DNA of 64,000 nucleotides, taken from positions 1 to 64,000 of the forward strand of contig JBBQSO010000007.1 in the NCBI GenBank assembly GCA_038213805.1. Reading direction: 5' to 3'. Each line of letters starts with the position of its first letter. The stretch's first letter is position 1. The notes beneath the pieces are model-generated. The model saw only the letters and a program-made list of their open reading frames with translations. It did not search any database and had not been told where the DNA came from. The position numbers were made by a program, and so were the translations under genes. This document shows, piece by piece, positions 1 through 7,585 of this stretch. Origin of the DNA: Planctomycetota bacterium. GTDB lineage: Bacteria > Planctomycetota > UBA11346.

Positions 1-343
1 GATTGTCAACACGATACAGGCTGTAATTTTTTGGTAAGAACCAGACAGGCATGGAAGGATGATGTATTTCTTTCACCAAGCACAGACGGTGCTCGAAGTC
101 GGCCACCCAGGGAAAGTGATCAAGAACATGCTTTGGTTCAAAGGAATTGGATCGAAGGTCGAAATATCCTTGTCTATGAGACGTCGCCAATACCCATAAA
201 CCACAAGAAAATTCATAGCACCAATAATCACATGGTCCCGCTTCACCATCCCCCGTTTCGTTAGTTGAATGTGGATTTCCCAGTTTACTTACAATAATTT
301 TAGGATCGATTTGCGCACCTATTATTGTAGAATCTACAATCAC
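1..343 (-). CDS. Cassette 8 hypothetical protein (3'-partial, not in ORF track)
   Basis: Manual translation from GTG 343 gives VIVDSTIIGAQIDPKIIVSKLGNPHST...YSLYRVDN, open to position 1. An in-frame ATG at 370 is separated from it by TAA. Confidence 0.6.
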   Translation of the reverse strand, partial: MIVDSTIIGAQIDPKIIVSKLGNPHSTNETGDGEAGPCDYWCYEFSCGLWVLATSHRQGYFDLRSNSFEPKHVLDHFPWVADFEHRLCLVKEIHHPSMPVWFLPKNYSLYRVDN

Positions 344-374
344 TTCTTATGGCGGATCACGCTTTTTCATTCAG

Positions 375-585
375 GCCTAACATAGAGGTAACGGGGGCCA
401 TGGCCGATTGGCGTAGCATGCAGAAGGCCCGTCGTGGGCAATTGGAAAGACACCCGAGCACAAGTGGCGTGCCACCTAGCCGCGGCGGAGCGAGCAAAGC
501 GAGTGAGCACGGCGTAGTGGCATGCCACTTGTGCGGACAGTCGGAGCGTGAAGCCCATGGGCTCCCGTTCACCGACTGGTTAGAA
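375..585 (-). repeat. attC site 1 (211 bp)
   Basis: Minus strand TTCTAAC-CAGTC-GGTGAACG...CGTTACC-TCTAT-GTTAGGC; imperfect inverted repeat with R and L boxes. Confidence 0.93.
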
Positions 586-607
586 CGTAGCACTATTCCA
601 TCGATGG

Positions 608-853
608 TCACTTATCGTCTTCAGAATATTGCGGATCATTTTTCCTTGAAGACTTAGGGAATATTTTCCTATCAACCATTAGTCCAATCAGGAGGCCTGA
701 AATGAATCCATACAACGCAGCCTGTAATGAGAGCCATATGTTGATCCAGTTGCCAAAAATTATATAGAATACGGTGATACTAAGGATCCAGCAAAAAATT
801 CCGATTTTTAACCCTATCCGTATAGACCAAAACAAATGAGATTTTCTAGTCAT
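608..853 (-). CDS. Cassette 7 small membrane protein
   Basis: 81-aa ORF with two hydrophobic segments, fills the cassette. Confidence 0.7.
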   Translation of the reverse strand: MTRKSHLFWSIRIGLKIGIFCWILSITVFYIIFGNWINIWLSLQAALYGFISGLLIGLMVDRKIFPKSSRKNDPQYSEDDK

Positions 854-915
854 AGAAGACTTCTAGAGAAACTAAACCCTTTTACAACGAATCGCGTACG
901 GTCCAGGAGGTAAGA

Positions 916-1128
916 GTCTAACATAGAGGTAACGGGGGCCATGGCCGATTAGGCGTCAGTGTGCACAGCGCCCGTTGTGGGCAATTGGAAAGGCGCACGA
1001 GCGCATGTGGCGTGACGCCTTGCCGCGGCGGAGCGAGGCCCCCGAGTGAGCACGGCGTAGCGGCATGCCACTTGCGCGGCGAGCTGGAACGACCAGCCCA
1101 TGGGCTCCCGTTCACCGACTGGTTAGGC
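916..1128 (-). repeat. attC site 2 (213 bp)
   Basis: Same repeat family; GCCTAAC...GTTAGAC on minus strand. Confidence 0.93.
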
Positions 1129-1143
1129 CGATCTAATGTAATT

Positions 1144-1608
1144 TTAATTCCCAAACCTAGGCTTACGGCCATGGATAATTTCGAGCAAGGTAAATTCACC
1201 GAAGCGGTCACCAGTAAATAATTGAAGCGAAGTTTTTCCCGATACCCATGTTAATATTGGCATTACCAGAGCGCTGTCATTCATTGTTATTTCACATGGA
1301 TTTCCAAATTCATTTGATAAATGTTTCTTCATAAATTCATACTGATCTAGCGAATCTACCATATTTTTATTTACATTTTTATTTAGTGACACCGTAACAG
1401 AATCCAAGGTTACACCATTCGGTAAATAAGCCAATAAATCACAATTTATCCCATTGAATACCTTGCTTGACCATACAATTCTTGTTTGATCTAATGGATC
1501 ATTATAATGCCTTGGATTGCCAACTTCCCACGCGTCATTACAAGCAATTCCCCATGGCAAATATGAGCCACAATCTTCGAGACAAATACCGATACTCATA
1601 TCAATCAT
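1144..1608 (-). CDS. Cassette 6 hypothetical protein
   Basis: 154-aa AT-rich ORF bounded by attC2 and attC3. Confidence 0.75.
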   Translation of the reverse strand: MIDMSIGICLEDCGSYLPWGIACNDAWEVGNPRHYNDPLDQTRIVWSSKVFNGINCDLLAYLPNGVTLDSVTVSLNKNVNKNMVDSLDQYEFMKKHLSNEFGNPCEITMNDSALVMPILTWVSGKTSLQLFTGDRFGEFTLLEIIHGRKPRFGN

Positions 1609-1618
1609 ATTGTACTAG

Positions 1619-1829
1619 GCCTAACATAGAGGTAACGGGGGCCATGGCCGATATGACGCAGCATGGACAGCCCACGTGGTGGGCAATTGGAAAGAGGCCC
1701 GAGCGCAAGTGGCGTGCCGCATAGCCGCGGCGGAGCGAGTCTGCGAGTGAGCACGGCGTAGCGGCATGCCACTTGCGCGGCGAGTTGGAACGACCAGCCC
1801 ATGGGCTCCCGTTCACCGACTGGTTAGGC
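1619..1829 (-). repeat. attC site 3 (211 bp)
   Basis: Same repeat family; GCCTAAC...GTTAGGC. Confidence 0.93.
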
Positions 1830-1837
1830 AAATGTTA

Positions 1838-2206
1838 CTATTGATAATCACCACAACATTTTATGTGTTCGCGAAATGCAAACCCAGATTCTACAAAGAA
1901 TCCATCCTGGGCGGGAAAAACAAAATTGGGCTTTCCCCCATCACCGCCGTCCCAAATCATGCTGAGATAAGCGCGCTCTTTAACTTTTAATTCCCTAAAT
2001 TCACTGCCATCGACTTTAACAAATGGGAATGGCGTCCGATGAACAGCTGCGAGCGCCTGAGAAACCACTGCACTGATAAGAGCAGAGTCACTTACCCCGT
2101 TCTTTTCAAGATAATGGATATACCCCGGGCTCTCGCAGTCGTCATTCATCAAATCTAAGAACGTATTCCAAATATAAATATGAAGTGGTGATGGTTTCAT
2201 ATCCAT
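1838..2206 (-). CDS. Cassette 5 hypothetical protein
   Basis: MDMKPSPLHIYIW..., 122 aa; in frame with the attC4 ATG. Confidence 0.75.
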   Translation of the reverse strand: MDMKPSPLHIYIWNTFLDLMNDDCESPGYIHYLEKNGVSDSALISAVVSQALAAVHRTPFPFVKVDGSEFRELKVKERAYLSMIWDGGDGGKPNFVFPAQDGFFVESGFAFREHIKCCGDYQ

Positions 2207-2212
2207 GGGTTG

Positions 2213-2423
2213 GCCTAACATAGAGGTAACGGGGGCCATGGCCGATATGGCGTAGCATGCACGGCGCCCGTGGTGGGCAATTGGAAAGGCCCCCGAGCGC
2301 AAGTGGCGTGCCGCCTAGCCGCGGCGGAGCGAGTCTGCGAGTGAGCACGGCGTAGCGGCATGCCACTTGCGCGGCGAGTCGGAGCAAACAGCCCATGGGC
2401 TCCCGTTCACCGACTGGTTAGCC
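2213..2423 (-). repeat. attC site 4 (211 bp)
   Basis: Same repeat family; GGCTAAC...GTTAGGC. Confidence 0.93.
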
Positions 2424-2459
2424 ACGGTTTCGTTAGTTTTTCGTAAATGACCATGTCAT

Positions 2460-2888
2460 CTATTCAATGATGCGAGGTATGAACAGATCGCGTGGATAAA
2501 CGCGATCAAATGCCAGAAGGTCGGCCAATACTGTTACGAAGTCCGGTCGGAAGATGGTCGTATAGTCGACCACGAAGACTTGGCCATCACTTCGCACAAT
2601 CGTGAGATGCAACACTGGAGCAGGTCCGACAGGCTGCGAACCGCCATGCAAATCTAAGACATCAAGTGCGACCAGGCGCCCATGGAACTCCGGAAAATCC
2701 CGGAATTGCGTCATAGAAAGGTGTATGTTTGTCGCATCAGCCGATTCACCAATTTTAGATGCGCTTACATTTACGTTTTCAGCGGGACTTTTTGAAACCT
2801 GGTTTTCTGGCCTGCGGCTTGCGCACCCGGAAATAAAACTGGCTGATGCACAGAAATAAATGATAGGACGCAGCCAAGTCATTCGCAT
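2460..2888 (-). CDS. Cassette 4 putative lipoprotein
   Basis: MRMTWLRPIIYFCASASFISGC: basic N-terminus, hydrophobic stretch and lipobox-like SGC. Confidence 0.7.
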   Translation of the reverse strand: MRMTWLRPIIYFCASASFISGCASRRPENQVSKSPAENVNVSASKIGESADATNIHLSMTQFRDFPEFHGRLVALDVLDLHGGSQPVGPAPVLHLTIVRSDGQVFVVDYTTIFRPDFVTVLADLLAFDRVYPRDLFIPRIIE

Positions 2889-2912
2889 ACGATTAATGCG
2901 TGAGATGGAGAA

Positions 2913-3124
2913 GGCTAACATAGAGGTAACGGGGGCCATGGCCGATTAGGCGTCAGCATGCACAGCGCCCGTCGTGGGCAATTGGAAAGACGCCCTAGCG
3001 CAAGTGGCGTGACGCCTAGCCGCGGCGGAGCGAGTGTGCGAGTGAGCACGGCGTAGCGGCATGCCACTTGCGCGGGCAGTTGGAACGACCAGCCCATGGG
3101 CTCCCGTTCACCGACTGGTTAGAC
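2913..3124 (-). repeat. attC site 5 (212 bp)
   Basis: Same repeat family; GTCTAAC...GTTAGCC. Confidence 0.93.
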
Positions 3125-3486
3125 TGAACTTTTGATATCCAATATCCGCCACCAGCCGAAGGATCAGGGACGTACAATCTATTTTCTTCGCACTTGATTT
3201 CATCGAACGAAAAGTCATAGAATAAGTCAATGGATATAGTTCGTATTAGCGCGCCATTTTTATATATTTTGATCCGATTGTCTGTACTTTGGAATATATA
3301 TAACCCAAATATTGGGATATATATTACATTGTTGTCTGTTATTCCATAAACCGCCTCAACTTTATAAGGTCCATATGCCTTTGATTCATGGGGTGTAGCA
3401 ATTCGCCATTTACATGCGGCAATTTGTGCAGCATACAAAATAAACAAAAAACCCAATGCGATTATCCATTTCGTCTTAGAAGGCAT
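3016..3486 (-). CDS. Cassette 3 exported or membrane-anchored hypothetical protein (reads into attC5)
   Basis: N-terminal signal/TM segment (MPSKTKWIIALGFLFILYAAQ); last ~35 codons are attC-derived. Confidence 0.7.
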   Translation of the reverse strand: MPSKTKWIIALGFLFILYAAQIAACKWRIATPHESKAYGPYKVEAVYGITDNNVIYIPIFGLYIFQSTDNRIKIYKNGALIRTISIDLFYDFSFDEIKCEENRLYVPDPSAGGGYWISKVQSNQSVNGSPWAGRSNCPRKWHAATPCSLAHSLRRG

Positions 3487-3493
3487 GGCGACG

Positions 3494-3706
3494 GTCTAAC
3501 ATAGAGGTAACGGGGGCCATGGCCGATATGGCGTCAGTGTGCACTGCGCCCGTCGTGGGCAATTGGAAAGACGCCCGAGCGCAAGTGGCGTGACGCCTAG
3601 CCGCGGCGGAGCGAGCAAAGCGAGTGAGCACGGCGTAGCGGCATGCCACTTGTGCGGACAGCCGGAGCGAGAAGCCCATGGGCTCCCGTTCACCGACTGG
3701 TTAGAC
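3494..3706 (-). repeat. attC site 6 (213 bp)
   Basis: Same repeat family; GTCTAAC...GTTAGAC. Confidence 0.93.
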
Positions 3707-3718
3707 AAAACGGAACCC

Positions 3719-4033
3719 CTATCCACGGATTGAGCACCATAAGGTAGGATAGTACCGCCCTGATCTAAATCTGATAACGTTCCATTTAATTATAAAAAAT
3801 CCATTGTCTGTAATGTCTTTAAAGATCTGGCGGCGTGACGTATAAACATTTGCAAAGCTCTTACCAAAAACACAAAGTGAAGCCCTTGAATTCAGACCAT
3901 ACCCGTCGATGTAGAACCCGCCTATCTCGTCTTTATCGTATCCATACTTTAGCCAAACGTTCCAATTTGATAGACCTTGTTTCCCTCTAAACACAACTTG
4001 AAGCAAATTAGGCCTTGGTGTTTTGTCTAACAT
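3719..4033 (-). CDS. Cassette 2 hypothetical protein (ATG supplied by upstream attC7)
   Basis: Frame is open across the whole cassette; the only in-frame ATGs lie in attC7 (4033, 4051). Confidence 0.55.
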   Translation of the reverse strand: MLDKTPRPNLLQVVFRGKQGLSNWNVWLKYGYDKDEIGGFYIDGYGLNSRASLCVFGKSFANVYTSRRQIFKDITDNGFFIIKWNVIRFRSGRYYPTLWCSIRG

Positions 4034-4236
4034 AGAGGTAACGGGGGCCATGGCCGATTAGGCGTTAGCATGCGCAGCGCCCGTCGTGGGCAATTGGAAA
4101 GACGCCCGAGCGCAAGTGGCGTGCTGCTTAGCCGCGGCGGAGCGAGTCTGCGAGTGAGCACGGCGTAGCGGCATGCCACTTGCGCGGAGAGTTGGAACGA
4201 TCAGCCCATGGGCTCCCGTTCACCGACTGGTTAGAC
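4025..4236 (-). repeat. attC site 7 (212 bp)
   Basis: Same repeat family; GTCTAAC...GTTAGAC. Confidence 0.93.
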
Positions 4237-4238
4237 GA

Positions 4239-4580
4239 TCACTTGATATTTAATAGCGCGCCCACATCAATGCTAAAGTTTTTCCTTAAGTATGGGATTA
4301 CGACCGAATTGTAGCCGTCTCGATTCCTGAAAACTTCCCAGTCAGCTGCATCAACAACGGAATACCTAACGCCTTTATTCTTCAACGCATCAATGAGATT
4401 AGCCCTATTACTATTACCTAATCCGCTAAATTTGAATTCACATTTACCAAGAGCTAAGTCTTGCCGAGCCTCTGTGACACCACATTCAAATGCCATGGAT
4501 ACCTGATATAATTTTACGCCGGTCGGAACGGCAATCCCAAGTACAATAAGAAGCGCAATAATTACCAGCGACTTAGGCAT
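4239..4580 (-). CDS. Cassette 1 membrane-anchored or exported hypothetical protein
   Basis: 113 aa with N-terminal hydrophobic helix; first cassette after attI. Confidence 0.75.
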   Translation of the reverse strand: MPKSLVIIALLIVLGIAVPTGVKLYQVSMAFECGVTEARQDLALGKCEFKFSGLGNSNRANLIDALKNKGVRYSVVDAADWEVFRNRDGYNSVVIPYLRKNFSIDVGALLNIK

Positions 4581-4584
4581 GAGC

Positions 4585-4676
4585 GTCTAACATGGTATGG
4601 GACCTCGAATCAGGATGATAATGCATCAAAATACCCATTTGAAGCGCCCTAACCAGTCCCATGGCCGTGTTAGGGT
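4585..4676 (-). other. attI site (core GTTAGAC at 4591-4585; upstream extent uncertain)
   Basis: GTTRRRY core matches the R'' of attC7 (CGTCTAAC/GTTAGACG) but is not part of a full attC; lies between the array and the intI 5' end. Confidence 0.8.
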
Positions 4677-4888
4677 GTGTTGAGAGTCACCTGGAAGGCC
4701 GGATGTGAGGCCTTTGGGTTGGGTGTCCTGATCCTGGCCCTTGCCGGTTTTGTTTCTGAATTTTGGGTATCGTGTCGACAACTTCACTATTTCCTGCATT
4801 CCTTGGGAATTCGGCAATCGGGATTGGGCAAACTCGGGCTTGCGTGGGGTTGGTCGTCATGATGATAGGGTTGTTATGGACCTATTTT

Positions 4889-5992
4889 ATGACTGATGCC
4901 GCGAATCCACGACCTGGTCGCCGAGATGACCCGACCGCTGTGGAGTTACTCGCTGAGCAGCAGGCCGCGCCTGTCTTGGGCATGGGACACCCCATCCCCC
5001 TGAGCGATCTTGGAGCTGCCATAGAACGGGCCTGCGCCGTGCGGTACTTTTCTAAACGCACCTTCGAAGCCTACCTGGGGTGGGCGCGGCGCTTTGTGAT
5101 GTTTCATGGGCGGCGTCACCCGGCTGAATTGGGGGCGGGTGACGTCACTGCCTACCTGAGCCACCTGGTCGTGGCTGGCAATGTGGCGGCGGCGACGCAG
5201 TGCCAGGCGCTACAGGCCCTGGTCTTCCTGTATGCGCAGGTGCTTGAACGCCCCTTGCCGGAAGGTGCGCTGCGCATGGTGCGCGCGAAGAAGACCCGGC
5301 GCCTGCCCACCGTGCTGTCGCAGGAACAGGTCGCGGCCTTCTTCGACCACATCGCAGGAGTGCCACGCCTGGTCGCGCTGCTGCAGTATGGCGGTGGGCT
5401 GCGCCTGCTCGAGACCCTGCGACTGCGCACCAAGGATCTGGATCTGGAGCGGTGCATGGTGGTGGTGCGCAGTGGCAAGGGCGGCAAGGACCGCATGGTG
5501 CCGCTGCCGGCGGTCGCGGTGGCGCCGCTGCGCGAGCACCTGCGGGTGCGCCATCAACAATACCTGATCGACCGCGAGCGCGGTGAGGCTGCGGTGAACA
5601 TGCCCCAGGCCATGGCGCGCAAGGGGCCCACGCTCGCACACCAATGGCCTTGGCAGTATGTCTTCGCCAGCCAGCGGATCAGTCGCGATCCGCTGGATGG
5701 CAGGCCCAAGCGCCACCACCTGGATGAGAACCACATCCAGGCCACCTACCGACTCGCCTACCGCGCGGCTGGCATCCTGGTACCGGCCTGCACCCACACG
5801 CTGCGCCACTGCTTCGCGACCCACCTGCTGGAACGTGGACAAGACCTGCGCTCCATCCAAGAACTGCTCGGGCACAGCGACATCACCACGACTATGATCT
5901 ACACCCACGTCTCGACGCGTGGGCCGGGTGGCGTGACCAGCCCCGCAGATGACCTGTTCGGAAAATTCGCGGCCGCGCGCAGCAAGCACTAA
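4889..5992 (+). CDS. intI: Integron integrase (tyrosine recombinase)
   Basis: N-terminal Phage_int_SAM-like region (YFSKRTFEAY...RHPAELG); catalytic R (GLRLLE), K (GKGGKDR), HTLRH, LLGH, TTMIYTHV; IntI-specific insert MPQAMARKGP...WPWQYVF...RHHL. Confidence 0.96.
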   Translation: MTDAANPRPGRRDDPTAVELLAEQQAAPVLGMGHPIPLSDLGAAIERACAVRYFSKRTFEAYLGWARRFVMFHGRRHPAELGAGDVTAYLSHLVVAGNVAAATQCQALQALVFLYAQVLERPLPEGALRMVRAKKTRRLPTVLSQEQVAAFFDHIAGVPRLVALLQYGGGLRLLETLRLRTKDLDLERCMVVVRSGKGGKDRMVPLPAVAVAPLREHLRVRHQQYLIDRERGEAAVNMPQAMARKGPTLAHQWPWQYVFASQRISRDPLDGRPKRHHLDENHIQATYRLAYRAAGILVPACTHTLRHCFATHLLERGQDLRSIQELLGHSDITTTMIYTHVSTRGPGGVTSPADDLFGKFAAARSKH

Positions 5993-6151
5993 CCCTGCGT
6001 CGTCGCGCGGTCGGCGGTCGCCTACCAAAAAGGCGGGCACGCGGCAGCGCGGTCGCACCGTCTTGGTGGTGAGATCGGGCCATCAGCGAGATCGAACCCG
6101 AGGCTTCCGCTCCGGCCAGCGATCGCTGACAACGACAGTCGCACCTGTGCG

Positions 6152-7585
6152 CTACGCCACCACCCCCCGCACCACCTCCCCAGCCACATCCGTGAGCCGG
6201 AACTGCCGCCCCTGGTACCGGTAGGTCAGCCGCGTGTGGTCGATGCCCATCAGGTGCAGGATGGTCGCCTGCAGGTCGTGGACCTTCACCGGGTCCTTGA
6301 CGACGCTGTAGGCGAAGTCGTCGGTCTCGCCGTGCACGTGGCCGGCCTTGGCGCCGCCGCCCGCCAGCCACAGGCTGTAGGCGCCGCCGAAGTGGTCGCG
6401 GCCGTGGGCGGACGGTTTGGTGACGTCGCCCTGGACGAAGACCGTGCGGCCGAACTCAGTGCCCCACACCACCAGGGTGTCGTCGAGCATGCCGCGCTGC
6501 TTGAGGTCCATGACCAGGCCGGCGCTCGGCTGGTCGGTGTCGCGGCACTGCTCGGCGAGCTGGGTGTCGAGGTTCCCGTGCTGGTCCCAGCCGCTGTGCA
6601 TGAGCTGCGTGCAGCGCACTCCGCGTTCGGCGAGTCGGCGAGCCAGCAGGCAGTGGAAGGCAAAGCTGCCGCGACGCAGCACGTCGGGGCCGTAGAGGTC
6701 CAGGACATGCTTGGGCTCCTTGCTGATGTCGAGCAGTTCGGGCACGCTCGCCTGCATCTGGTAGCTCATCTCGTACTGGGCGATGCGCGTGTCGATCTCG
6801 GGGTCGCCCTGCTGCTGCAGGCGGTGGCGGTTGAGGTCGCCGAGGTCGTCGAGCAGGTCGCGCTTCTGCGCGCGGCTGATGCCGGCGGGGTCGCCCAGGT
6901 ACAGCACCGGCTCGCCTTCGCCGCGCAGGCGCACGCCCTGGAAACGCGAAGGGATGAAGCCGCTGCCCCAGTAGTGCTCGTAGAACAGCTGGCCGCAGGT
7001 GCGCTTGACGTCGGTCGAGGTCATCACTACGTAGCCGGGCAGGTCTGCGGCCTGCGCACCGAGCGCGTAGGTCAGCCACGCGCCCAGGCTGGGCCGGCCC
7101 GGCACCTGCGCGCCGGTCATCGCCAGGGTGACGCCCGGCGAGTGGTTGACCGCCTCGGTCTGCATCGAGCGGATCAGGCACAGGTCGTCGGCGATCGCAC
7201 CGATGCCGGGCAGCATGCTGCTCATCCAGGTGCCGGACTTGCCATACGCCTGGAACGGCTTCAGCGCGGGCAGGATCGGATAGGACTTCTGGCTGGAGGT
7301 CATCGCAGAAAGACGCACGCCGCTGCGCACCGAATCGGGCAGGTCTTTCAGGCGCATCGCCTCCAGACCGGGCTTGTGGTCGAAGAGGTCGACGTGCGAG
7401 GCGCCGCCCCCCTGCCACAGCACGATCACGCGCTTGGCCTTCGCGGGGAAGTGCGGCAGTCCGGGGATGCCGCCCACCCGCGCCGCGAGCGGTTCGTCGG
7501 CGCGCAGCAGACCGCTGGGCGCGAGCGCGGCCAAGCCGAGGCCGGCGGCGGCGTGGGCCAGGAACTGGCGGCGGGTGGCGTTCAT
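6152..7585 (-). CDS. DUF1501 domain protein (Tat-exported, sulfatase-like)
   Basis: RRQFL Tat motif, AKAKRVIVL..GGASHVDLFD, WDQH, EFGRT, GRDH. Confidence 0.9.
   Translation of the reverse strand: MNATRRQFLAHAAAGLGLAALAPSGLLRADEPLAARVGGIPGLPHFPAKAKRVIVLWQGGGASHVDLFDHKPGLEAMRLKDLPDSVRSGVRLSAMTSSQKSYPILPALKPFQAYGKSGTWMSSMLPGIGAIADDLCLIRSMQTEAVNHSPGVTLAMTGAQVPGRPSLGAWLTYALGAQAADLPGYVVMTSTDVKRTCGQLFYEHYWGSGFIPSRFQGVRLRGEGEPVLYLGDPAGISRAQKRDLLDDLGDLNRHRLQQQGDPEIDTRIAQYEMSYQMQASVPELLDISKEPKHVLDLYGPDVLRRGSFAFHCLLARRLAERGVRCTQLMHSGWDQHGNLDTQLAEQCRDTDQPSAGLVMDLKQRGMLDDTLVVWGTEFGRTVFVQGDVTKPSAHGRDHFGGAYSLWLAGGGAKAGHVHGETDDFAYSVVKDPVKVHDLQATILHLMGIDHTRLTYRYQGRQFRLTDVAGEVVRGVVA

Larger units (their letters stand above)
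1..4590 (-). mobile_element. Integron gene-cassette array (7 complete cassettes plus 1 partial; continues beyond left edge)
   Basis: Seven ~212-bp attC repeats alternate with AT-rich single-ORF inserts. Cassettes measured crossover to crossover are 560, 531, 581, 700, 594, 703 and 541 bp. All ORFs are on -, divergent from intI. The 7-bp core sites at the two ends of each cassette are reverse complements in 6 of 7 cases (e.g. GTTAGCC/GGCTAAC; 12-bp GTTAGACAAAAC/GTTTTGTCTAAC). Confidence 0.95.

Noticed and set aside
415..445. Sigma70 promoter inside each attC (minus TTGCCC...CATGCT/CACACT)
   Set aside because: The spacer is only 15 bp and both boxes are weak; cannot be supported without TSS data.
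349..3733. Repeated ORFs such as NQSVNGSPW...KWHAATPCSL and HGLPFTDWL as a protein family
   Set aside because: These are translations of the attC repeat. Frames shift between copies (211-213 bp), so no conserved protein exists beyond the short MAPVTSML leader.
375..4236. CRISPR array
   Set aside because: Repeats are ~212 bp with coding inserts of roughly 320-490 bp, attC R/L boxes and an adjacent intI; there are no cas genes in the window.
4763..4888. Longer intI start at TTG 4763
   Set aside because: The extension is atypical and lies in the attI/promoter region; ATG 4889 (or 4982) is more plausible.
4680..4888. LexA box, Pc and Pint promoters
   Set aside because: No convincing CTGT-N8-ACAG or consensus -35/-10 pair could be identified by eye.
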